Shown here piece by piece: positions 55,110 to 62,695 of a stretch of 64,000 nt of DNA; within the stretch, counting starts at the first letter, position 1, and each line of letters opens with the position of its first letter. The notes under the pieces are model-generated. The model saw nothing but the letters and a program-made list of their open reading frames with translations. It had not been told where the DNA came from and ran no database searches. The position numbers were made by a program, and so were the translations under genes. The stretch comes from a virus: positions 26,588 to 90,587 of IMG/VR virus record IMGVR_UViG_3300036819_000331; one strand, written 5' to 3'.

Positions 55110-57053
55110 ATGAAGATATTCCGTAAAGCATTGACGTTCCTTGCCGCGCTGGCACTCGGCAGCTTCGCGATTAATGCTGCGGCCCTCGTTCCTCTCGATA
55201 AGGGGGTCACGGGCATTCTTTCTCCTGCGAACGGCGGCAACGGCGGCAATAACGGCGGCCCTCTCAGCGGCCTTGGAGGCCTCGGCTCGATTATTCCGGT
55301 CACCGCACCGACTTCCGCGAAGATTTACACTTCGGATCAGATATCGTCATCGCAGACTTTTTACGGGATGACGGCGGCTTCCACGCCAAATCCCGTGTTT
55401 GGTTTCTGGGGGGCTTACAATATTTATGAGGCCACGGGTGCTGCCCCTGGAACGCATGTCGCAGGTAACGCAAGTTCCCCCGATACTCCCGCTTTCTGGG
55501 AAATGTTTGGGTACAGCGGGAAGGGCTTTGAGCTTAGAGTTTTCAACGGCGTGCCCACTTATCTTTTTGTGGATAATAATTTTTATGATGTGTTTTATTC
55601 CCCATTACTCACTGGCACATCGCCCGGCACCGGCGACACATCGACCGTAATCACCCTGGCTTCGGGGGCCAGCACGACGAACGGCGCTTATAATCAGTAT
55701 TATGTGGCAATCACGGCCGGCACGGACATCGGCGACGTGCAGCCAATATGCAGCTACGTGGGAAGCACGACGCTTCAGGCGACATTGTGCTCCGGCTCTA
55801 CTTTTGCGGTAACACCGGATTCAACCAGCGTGTATGCTATCCAAAGCAGCGCAAGGGGCTGCCCTTCGGGGAATTGCCTACGCGCATCCGGCGGTGGCCA
55901 TGAAGATTTTGTTTATGTGCAGTTTCCGTCTATCGGCTGGCATCATATTAAGGTCTATTCCAGTCAGTTCGAAGGCGTTGCCATTGGCCCGAATGATTCA
56001 CTTGTTCCCGAAGGCCCACAGAATGCCGTTGCGGCTATCGAAGTCGGAGATTCTTTTACGGGCTGCACTTCAGGCCCGAATAGCGGCCCATGCCTTTCGA
56101 CCTATATTGCCACGGCGCTTAACGCCTACGAGATAAACGCAGGCAGCGGCAGCACGGGGTGGGCCAGCCCCGGCACCCCGGCGAAACTCAATTTTATGGA
56201 ACGCATTTGCCCGCCGGATGGCAGCGGTAAGGGGGCATCCGGCGCAAGCTACCTTTACGCTCTGAAATGCACAGGCGGTGGTGGTGGCTGCGGTGGTACT
56301 TATAATTTATCGATCACGTATAACGGCAGCACACAGACGGCTAGTAGTATCGCAGTCGCGGCCAGTAGTTCCACCATTCAGTCCGATCTTGCGGGCCTTT
56401 CCAATGTTCCCCTCTCGTCGGATATTGTCGTCGGCTACAACGGCGGCGTTAATACCCCTATCGCCGTCGAGATGTATAACATGCCAGGCGCAACGCTCAC
56501 GCTGGACACGACCAACGTCACTGCCTACGCCACTTCGTTCATTATTCCCTATATCGGCGAAGTGGCCCCGTTCATTCCTAAAGATTCCGCAGGGCGATCA
56601 TTGCCGGTGAAGCTTTTCGTTGAAGGTTCAGGTAATGACCTTGCGGGTGGCTACACGACAACTCAGATCGGGAACAATGCGACTGCCACGGCGCAGTGCA
56701 TCGCGCAGAGATTCCCGACTGCGCTTGCGATTTATACAGGCGCAGTTACTGTTGGAAGTCCGGCGAGCAGCACCGTCATTGCAAATAATGCCGCGCTTCG
56801 CGCTGCGTCTGGGTATCTGAACCCGATTAACGGAAACTCCAATCCCTATGTCGAGACTTATCCCGGTGGCCTCAACAGCGGGTCTTTTCTCGGAGGCACG
56901 GGTACCGGCAGCGTTGCAAGTCCGACTGCAAACACAAACGACATAGAGGTGAGTTTTACCAACTCAGGCCATCCGACATCGAACGGCCAGATGTACCTGG
57001 GCAATTATCTCGGCTATCTCGGACAGCAAATATATAATGGGAACTCAAGGTAA
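55110..57053 (+). CDS. secreted SGNH/GDSL hydrolase with fibre-like N-terminus (10 Cys)
   Basis: Signal peptide; VTGILSPANGGNG; GDSFT, GSGSTG, GSGND, GHP blocks. Confidence 0.75.
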   Translation: MKIFRKALTFLAALALGSFAINAAALVPLDKGVTGILSPANGGNGGNNGGPLSGLGGLGSIIPVTAPTSAKIYTSDQISSSQTFYGMTAASTPNPVFGFWGAYNIYEATGAAPGTHVAGNASSPDTPAFWEMFGYSGKGFELRVFNGVPTYLFVDNNFYDVFYSPLLTGTSPGTGDTSTVITLASGASTTNGAYNQYYVAITAGTDIGDVQPICSYVGSTTLQATLCSGSTFAVTPDSTSVYAIQSSARGCPSGNCLRASGGGHEDFVYVQFPSIGWHHIKVYSSQFEGVAIGPNDSLVPEGPQNAVAAIEVGDSFTGCTSGPNSGPCLSTYIATALNAYEINAGSGSTGWASPGTPAKLNFMERICPPDGSGKGASGASYLYALKCTGGGGGCGGTYNLSITYNGSTQTASSIAVAASSSTIQSDLAGLSNVPLSSDIVVGYNGGVNTPIAVEMYNMPGATLTLDTTNVTAYATSFIIPYIGEVAPFIPKDSAGRSLPVKLFVEGSGNDLAGGYTTTQIGNNATATAQCIAQRFPTALAIYTGAVTVGSPASSTVIANNAALRAASGYLNPINGNSNPYVETYPGGLNSGSFLGGTGTGSVASPTANTNDIEVSFTNSGHPTSNGQMYLGNYLGYLGQQIYNGNSR

Positions 57054-57205
57054 TGGTTATCAAAAACCAAAGCGAAACCACATTTCCTGAAAACGCCCTG
57101 TACAACAATGAATTACAGCGCTTTTATGACGTGACCAGATTCAAACTGGATGATGTGTCGTTGCGGCCCGAGATTCAGGAACTGTCCGGAGCGCAGTAAG
57201 ACCAA

Positions 57206-57394
57206 ATGTCCAGACAACTCGACTGGCTCATCAGCGCCGTCATCATGGCGGTGGTCATCATGGCGGAGTACCGGCTGGTGTTCTTCGGGGTGTTTGAGCC
57301 ATTGCCGCTTGTTTCCGGCATCGCGCTTCTGCTGCTCATCCGCGTGATCAACCAGCATCTGCCGCGGCTGATTGCCGCGAAGCGCAAGCGGTAA
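57206..57394 (+). CDS. small two-TM membrane protein
   Basis: Hydrophobic with basic C-terminus; holin-like topology possible. Confidence 0.5.
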   Translation: MSRQLDWLISAVIMAVVIMAEYRLVFFGVFEPLPLVSGIALLLLIRVINQHLPRLIAAKRKR

Positions 57395-57482
57395 GCCCCC
57401 CCCACCGTGTTTCCCGCCGATTGTTCAGCTTCTGTGCAGCGGTGCGCGCAGACCCCAACCCTCGTAACGAAGGAGCCTAAAG

Positions 57483-57734
57483 ATGTTTGTGATTTCCAAG
57501 GACATGGGCAAAGGCAACCCGCCCGCCTTCTTTGCCGGGGCCTATACATGGTCCACGCTTGAGCACGCAAAGCAGTACCCGAGCGAGGCCTCCGCACAGG
57601 CCGCCGTCGATTGCAGCGATTTCCTCGCAGGCTGCATCGTCATGCCGAACGATGAAACGGTTTTCGTCGGCAGAAGCCAGAAAAACGTAGAGGTAGTGAA
57701 CGGCATGAAGCCGGACACGGGCCGAAACGATTAA
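57483..57734 (+). CDS. hypothetical protein
   Basis: AAGGAG RBS. Confidence 0.6.
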   Translation: MFVISKDMGKGNPPAFFAGAYTWSTLEHAKQYPSEASAQAAVDCSDFLAGCIVMPNDETVFVGRSQKNVEVVNGMKPDTGRND

Positions 57735-57782
57735 CACCCGCGCATTCCGCGCGGTCATCAACCCCAACTACAGGAGTCCTCT

Positions 57783-58178
57783 ATGAACCTCATCAAAACG
57801 GTCGAAGATTTGGCCGAAACCATCGGCACGGATGTCGAGACCTTCGCCGACACAGAATACCACGCCTTCCTCACGGCGAGCCTGCCCCTCTTCAACGACC
57901 TGAAGGCGTTCGCCCAGACCACCGGAAAGGCCGACTTGGCGACCCTGCTCAACGACCTGAAGGCGGATCTCGTCACGGGCGTCACCACCCTTGCTGCGAC
58001 CGGCGGCAACACGGGCGCCGCCATCGCGGCGGTTTCGACAGAAGCCCTCGGCCAGGTGAAGGATGTCACCGCAGCTGCCAAGAACGCGGTTTATGGCGCG
58101 CTCGCTATCGTGGCGGCCGACGTACCCGCGATTGTCGGTGCTCCGGCAGCAAGCTCCGCTTCCGGCGCGTCCGCGTAA
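57783..58178 (+). CDS. Ala-rich helical protein in lysis region
   Basis: AGGAG RBS; typical codon usage. Confidence 0.7.
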   Translation: MNLIKTVEDLAETIGTDVETFADTEYHAFLTASLPLFNDLKAFAQTTGKADLATLLNDLKADLVTGVTTLAATGGNTGAAIAAVSTEALGQVKDVTAAAKNAVYGALAIVAADVPAIVGAPAASSASGASA

Positions 58179-58288
58179 TGCGCGCCCTTCTGTTAATCGG
58201 GTTGTTGAGCCTATCGGCCTGCAACCCGATCTGCTGGGCGGCTCATCCGAACTGCAATTGGATTGAGAATGGCGGGAGTTGCTGCTGA
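58178..58288 (+). CDS. 36-aa Cys-rich mini-lipoprotein
   Basis: MRALLLIGLLSLSA-CNPICWAAHPNCNWIENGGSCC; TAATG and TGATG coupling. Confidence 0.65.
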   Translation: MRALLLIGLLSLSACNPICWAAHPNCNWIENGGSCC

Positions 58289-58587
58289 TGCCCGGCATTC
58301 AAGAAAAACGGGTTGACTGGCAACCCAACGCCGTTGACTGGCCGTTCCCGGCGCTCAAGCCCGGCGAGTACGGTAAGGACGAGGACGGGCTGTGGTACTG
58401 CATTCCGCCCGTTGAGAGCTGTGGCGAGGGAGGTCAGCGACACGGCGTGCTGGGCAACCTCGGCAACCACAAGGTCATCGAGCATGAGGACGGCACGATC
58501 AGTGTGTCGCCGTCCATCTTGGTCAGCAACGGCCAGGGATGGTCATGGCACGGCTATCTGGAACGTGGCGTCTGGCGGCAGTGTTAA
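58288..58587 (+). CDS. DUF6527-like protein
   Basis: H...DG.ISVSPSIL....WHGYL..G.W. Confidence 0.6.
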   Translation: MPGIQEKRVDWQPNAVDWPFPALKPGEYGKDEDGLWYCIPPVESCGEGGQRHGVLGNLGNHKVIEHEDGTISVSPSILVSNGQGWSWHGYLERGVWRQC

Positions 58588-58606
58588 TGCGCGCGGGAGA
58601 TTGGTG

Positions 58607-58816
58607 ATGCTGGTGGATGTCTTTCTGTATTACGCGATCGGCTTCGTGGTCTGGGGTTGGTGCGTCAACAAGTACGTGGCCTACATGAGCACGCCGGCAT
58701 TTATTAAGGGGCTGTTCTACCGCCCCTTTCTGTGGCCCGTCATGCTCTGGTTTGCCGCCTTCAAATGGCGGGATGTACGGCAACTCTTCCGCCCGGATCG
58801 GAAAGGCGCGTCATGA
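58607..58816 (+). CDS. small membrane protein
   Basis: Two hydrophobic segments, LWP motif. Confidence 0.5.
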   Translation: MLVDVFLYYAIGFVVWGWCVNKYVAYMSTPAFIKGLFYRPFLWPVMLWFAAFKWRDVRQLFRPDRKGAS

Positions 58817-59046
58817 GCTGGATCTGGGCCGCTATCAGCGGCGCATTCTCTGGGCTGGCACAGGGCTTCCTGTCGCTGTTCGGGATGTCCACGGCGCAGA
58901 AGCTGGGCCGGGCGGAAACGAAAGAAGCCACCGACGAAAAACTCCTGCAGGAGGTAAAAGAAGCCAATGATACGGATGCTGATAGCGCTCGCGCTGGTGA
59001 CGACGCTTTGCGGGTGCAGCTCTCTCGGTTCAAGCGCCCCGACTGA
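58813..59046 (+). CDS. i-spanin (Rz-like) candidate
   Basis: N-terminal hydrophobic segment plus short coiled coil; overlapped by a lipoprotein ORF. Confidence 0.65.
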   Translation: MSWIWAAISGAFSGLAQGFLSLFGMSTAQKLGRAETKEATDEKLLQEVKEANDTDADSARAGDDALRVQLSRFKRPD

Positions 59047-59158
59047 TTCGTTTTGCCTTCTGGCGAAGCCGATGACGTGGAGCGATGCTGATACGGCTGA
59101 CACCCAGCATGAAATCCTGCTCTACGACGCCCGCGGGCATACGCTCTGCGGGTGGTAG
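58967..59158 (+). CDS. o-spanin (Rz1-like) lipoprotein
   Basis: Lipobox LCGC; DSFC...P...S..DT..T..I......LC; overlapped arrangement. Confidence 0.75.
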   Translation: MIRMLIALALVTTLCGCSSLGSSAPTDSFCLLAKPMTWSDADTADTQHEILLYDARGHTLCGW

Positions 59159-59192
59159 CCCCGAAACATCAAACAACCAAAGGAGACCGGCA

Positions 59193-59324
59193 ATGCTCGA
59201 CACTATCCTCCTCGTGTTCGCGTTCGTGCTTTTCGTGCTCGCCGCTGTCGGAATTCCTTCAGGCCGCTACAATCTGATCGGTGCCGGGCTGGCGTGTTAC
59301 ATCGCGACAATGCTTTTTCACTGA
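59193..59324 (+). CDS. 43-aa hydrophobic protein
   Basis: AAGGAG RBS; two short TMs. Confidence 0.6.
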   Translation: MLDTILLVFAFVLFVLAAVGIPSGRYNLIGAGLACYIATMLFH

Positions 59325-59376
59325 AGAAACGAACAATCGACCGACGGCAAGGCCCCTTCAACTGAAGGAGGCTCCC

Positions 59377-59454
59377 ATGCTTGACCACCTGCTCCGATAC
59401 CATCCTGGCTACCTGCTGATGCTGCTGATTGCGGCGGCGGTGTGCCACGGATAA
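59377..59454 (+). CDS. 25-aa hydrophobic peptide
   Basis: AAGGAGG RBS; MLDHLLRYHPGYLLMLLIAAAVCHG. Confidence 0.45.
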   Translation: MLDHLLRYHPGYLLMLLIAAAVCHG

Positions 59455-59476
59455 ATGATTGCGTTCTGGCGAAACT

Positions 59477-59512
59477 GGCCCTGCTGCCCTTCGGGGTGGC
59501 AGGGCCTTTTTT
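59477..59512 (+). terminator. rho-independent terminator ending the late operon
   Basis: GGCCCTGCTGCCC-TTCG-GGGTGGCAGGGCC-TTTTTT. Confidence 0.9.
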
Positions 59513-59523
59513 GCGTCGGGGCA

Positions 59524-60762
59524 TTAACTTCTTATTACCCGCCCGCTGATAATACCGACGAGCACCCCAAACATCGCGAGACCAAAGACAATTTCACTGC
59601 AAGCTACCATCTTTCCCCAGTTCCCTGCTGGCAAAATGTCGCCGTACCCTACGGTTGTCATTGTCACGACGCTGAAGTAGAAGGGATCGGTGAAATCACG
59701 CAGTGGCTTAACCAGTTTAAATATGTAGTAAATCCATGCATATGACGAGGCCACCACGATCAAAGATATGAACCACCGCACATAGTCAGTTCCGTACTTG
59801 GATGTGATGCGCCAGAACCCATAAGCTAGTGCGGGCACCCATTTTCTATTTCTAAGGTAACGCCTACGCCGGTGTTCCGCCGCGAGGGCGCCAAATCTGA
59901 TACTCTCATCGCGATTGCCGGCCGCCGCCAGTTCGCGCGAAAACAGCTCAAATGCCGAGATAATGAACTCAGCAGTAGATTCCTCGACGAAATTCACCGG
60001 GAAATGTGGATTTAGCTTTCTGGAACCAATATAGCTTGCGTGAGCCGCAGTTTCCATTGTGTTTAGAACATCGACCTTGTCATCTCGTTCCTGTTGGGTG
60101 AGAGGCAGTATTCTCCTCAATGAATCTTGATCGAGCGTCATAGCTTGCCGAGCGCACATGGAGATGGCTCGCCGGAAGGAAATGGCAGCATGATACCCAT
60201 GGCCCTGCTTGAGATGCATATTTCCGGCCAGCCAAAAATAGAAGGATGCCTGGGACAAGTCACCAGCGTTTAGCGCAGCTTCTGCAGCATGCCTATGACA
60301 CTCCCCGGCGAAAGTGAAAGCGCCGGCCGCAATCGGTAACGGTGGAATTCTGTCCGAGATCACTACTGTCGCTTTTCCGAGTCTTTCGAACGCGTTGGCC
60401 GCTTGGCTAAGATACGAGGCGGTGCCGAAACTGTCGGAAATCTGTCTGTAGCAAAATGAGGCAAGAAGATTAAGTTCCGCTATGACTTGTGGATGCACCG
60501 TCTTCGCCTTGTGGGCATTTGTCACCGCATCCACGTAAGCGAGAGCGGCTTCTCGATAGGTGGCTGCGGCTTCATAGCATCCTGCTGCGCGTGTGAAAAG
60601 CTGTGCTTGCCCCTCGAAGTTGTTCTGCACTGTATTCGCAAATTCAGAGAATAATGTTCCAGCAAGCCACCAATTGCCGTCCTCTTCTGCGCGAAGGGCT
60701 GCGGTGAGCGGTTTTGGGGGCAATGCTGGTAACCGAAGTTGTAAGCCGAACTTATGGCGCAT
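59524..60762 (-). CDS. helical-repeat (TPR/SNAP-like) protein fused to a 2-TM K+ channel pore
   Basis: YFSVVTMTTVGYGD filter flanked by TMs; Ala/Tyr-periodic helical repeats in the N-terminal 300 aa. Confidence 0.8.
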   Translation of the reverse strand: MRHKFGLQLRLPALPPKPLTAALRAEEDGNWWLAGTLFSEFANTVQNNFEGQAQLFTRAAGCYEAAATYREAALAYVDAVTNAHKAKTVHPQVIAELNLLASFCYRQISDSFGTASYLSQAANAFERLGKATVVISDRIPPLPIAAGAFTFAGECHRHAAEAALNAGDLSQASFYFWLAGNMHLKQGHGYHAAISFRRAISMCARQAMTLDQDSLRRILPLTQQERDDKVDVLNTMETAAHASYIGSRKLNPHFPVNFVEESTAEFIISAFELFSRELAAAGNRDESIRFGALAAEHRRRRYLRNRKWVPALAYGFWRITSKYGTDYVRWFISLIVVASSYAWIYYIFKLVKPLRDFTDPFYFSVVTMTTVGYGDILPAGNWGKMVACSEIVFGLAMFGVLVGIISGRVIRS

Positions 60763-60789
60763 CGCATGACAGTATAGCTCCGCTACATA

Positions 60790-61011
60790 TCAGTTAACGG
60801 GCTGGCGCTTCTTCAGCTCTTCAAACGCCTCATACAACACCTCCGTCTGGCTCTTGTCATGCACGACGGCGAAGATGGCGAACTCCCTGTGGAACGCCTT
60901 CGGCACGCGGAAATTGAGGTGGGACATCTCGCCTTTATCCAAATTGCCGACGGTGTCCGTCGGCGGAGGCGGTTCACCCTTGCCCTTCGGTGGCGGGACT
61001 TTCGCCATCAC
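60790..61011 (-). CDS. ribbon-helix-helix partner of ParA (ParG-like)
   Basis: KG.PP..NL....LNFRVP..F.REF...A......L; GTGA-coupled to parA. Confidence 0.75.
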   Translation of the reverse strand: MMAKVPPPKGKGEPPPPTDTVGNLDKGEMSHLNFRVPKAFHREFAIFAVVHDKSQTEVLYEAFEELKKRQPVN

Positions 61012-61658
61012 CGTTTCTCCTTCTGAAGCGCCGCCACCAGATCAACGATGCTCTGCGCCAACTTATCGGCGCGATGGTTGAGCGTGGGGAACCGGGTCTC
61101 CGTGAGAGCCCGGCCCTCGTCGCTGGCTCGGCGGTAGGCGGTCTTCTCTGGAAGATACCCGCCGAGCACCCGATAGCCGGCTTCGGTGATGTAATCCTGC
61201 GATTCCCGGACTTCCATGTGACTGTCTCCGACACGGCAGAGTGCGAACGCGATCTTCGCTTTGCGGATGCCCTTCTTCACCAGCTCATGCGCCAGCAGAA
61301 CAGACGGCTGCATGTCATCGAGACAGAGGCCGGTAGGGAGGATCACCAGATTCGCGGTCTGCGCGATCCGCAGGGTGCTGGCCGTCGAATGCGGCGGCGC
61401 ATCGAAAATCATCAGATCCACGTGGACGGCGCTCTTGACGGCCTGCTTGACGGTCCCGAACCTCTCGACGGCGATGACGGGCTCGATGGCTGATTGCAGG
61501 CGTCGGCCCTGCCAGTTGAAGCTTGTCCCCTGCGATACGTCGAGGTCGGCGATCTTCACCGTCCACGCGGCGTTGGCATACTCGCGCGCGACCAGGCGGG
61601 CGAGGGTGGATTTGCCCACACCGCCTTTTTGGCCGACGATGCCGATGAGAATTGCCAT
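61008..61658 (-). CDS. parA: ParA-family ATPase (short, type Ib-like)
   Basis: QKGGVGKST, ADLD.SQ, IFDAPP, VILPT. Confidence 0.9.
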   Translation of the reverse strand: MAILIGIVGQKGGVGKSTLARLVAREYANAAWTVKIADLDVSQGTSFNWQGRRLQSAIEPVIAVERFGTVKQAVKSAVHVDLMIFDAPPHSTASTLRIAQTANLVILPTGLCLDDMQPSVLLAHELVKKGIRKAKIAFALCRVGDSHMEVRESQDYITEAGYRVLGGYLPEKTAYRRASDEGRALTETRFPTLNHRADKLAQSIVDLVAALQKEKR

Positions 61659-61728
61659 ACCCCCGCCGTGTTTGCGTTCACTGGCTCTATAGCAGATGGG
61701 CGGAAGCGCGCAAAGGAGAAATGGTGGA

Positions 61729-61744
61729 TGCGTCAATTGACGCA
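61729..61744. promoter_or_regulatory. perfect 16-bp palindrome upstream of parA
   Basis: TGCGTCAATTGACGCA in the divergent parA/TIR intergenic region. Confidence 0.55.
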
Positions 61745-61791
61745 ATGGCGCATTACAGAGTGTCGGCTATAATGGTACTTTGACGAACATT

Positions 61792-62658
61792 ATGGCGAGG
61801 AAGCCTCCAAAAACTGAGCCAGAGGCGCGGGCCGAACTGGCAGTAAGCCGAGATGAAGCCGATGCGCAAATTGGCTTAAGAATCGTGTCAGGGGAGGATA
61901 TTGCGGCGAAAACGATCACTTCGCCTGACATCTTGAAGGTCGTTGAGGAAGAGTATTTCCGGTGGGATTCCTATAATGCCGAAATGCTGGACCGCCTGTT
62001 CACGACCGACAAGTTTGCAAGGGAATACAGTTTCTTCGGGATCGCTTTTATAAATACCTACCCCTCATTTCCGAAGGACCTTCAGGACTTCAAAGAGCGC
62101 ATGCAGAGTAAATTGCATCGCTTAGCCTCAATCCGTGGGCGCCTGTCACTGATTCCGCAGGGCATAAAGTTCCTGCCCGTGCCGGGCGCCTCGCCATCAC
62201 AAGAAAGTAACGTCGCCCAAGGCCGGAGGATCTTCATTGTTCATGGACACGACACCGGCACACGTGAGTCGGTCGCTCGGTTTCTGGAGCGGCTGAGTTT
62301 GGAGGTAATCATTCTCCAGGAGCAAGCCGGGAGGAGCCGGACGCTCGTTGAAAAACTTGAAGATCACTCAGACGTGGATTTCGCGATCATACTCCTGACG
62401 GGGGATGATGTGGGCGCGGCAAAGGGCGACCAAGCAAACCTAAAACCACGTGCACGCCAGAACGTAATCCTTGAGCTTGGATACTTTGTCGCCAAGCTGA
62501 GAAGGAACAACGTTTGCGCGCTCTATGCTGAGGGCGTTGAGCTTCCTTCGGATTTCGTAGGCGTCCAGTATGTTCAGATTCGTAGCGGCTGGGAGTTCGA
62601 GGTTGCCAAGGAGTTAAAGGCGGCGGGTTTCGATATCGACACGAATAAGTTGCTCTAA
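61792..62658 (+). CDS. TIR-like domain protein (CAP12/Pycsar-type TIR)
   Basis: IFIVHGHD..FL..L...IL.EQ..G.TL.EKLE..FAI.LLT.DD..RARQNV.LELGYF. Confidence 0.9.
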   Translation: MARKPPKTEPEARAELAVSRDEADAQIGLRIVSGEDIAAKTITSPDILKVVEEEYFRWDSYNAEMLDRLFTTDKFAREYSFFGIAFINTYPSFPKDLQDFKERMQSKLHRLASIRGRLSLIPQGIKFLPVPGASPSQESNVAQGRRIFIVHGHDTGTRESVARFLERLSLEVIILQEQAGRSRTLVEKLEDHSDVDFAIILLTGDDVGAAKGDQANLKPRARQNVILELGYFVAKLRRNNVCALYAEGVELPSDFVGVQYVQIRSGWEFEVAKELKAAGFDIDTNKLL

Positions 62659-62695
62659 CGCACATCCCTGCAAGGGGCGGCACGAGCAACGACCC

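Noticed and set aside
48300-57053. Diversity-generating retroelement or invertible fibre switch
   Set aside because: No reverse transcriptase, invertase or TR/VR-like repeat pair seen in the window
20084-57417. 20-bp direct repeat as attL/attR
   Set aside because: Both copies lie inside phage modules, would exclude immunity and spanin genes, and other copies including an inverted one exist
61737-61773. Sigma70 promoter TTGACG...TATAAT for the TIR gene
   Set aside because: Spacer is 25 bp, too long for this pairing
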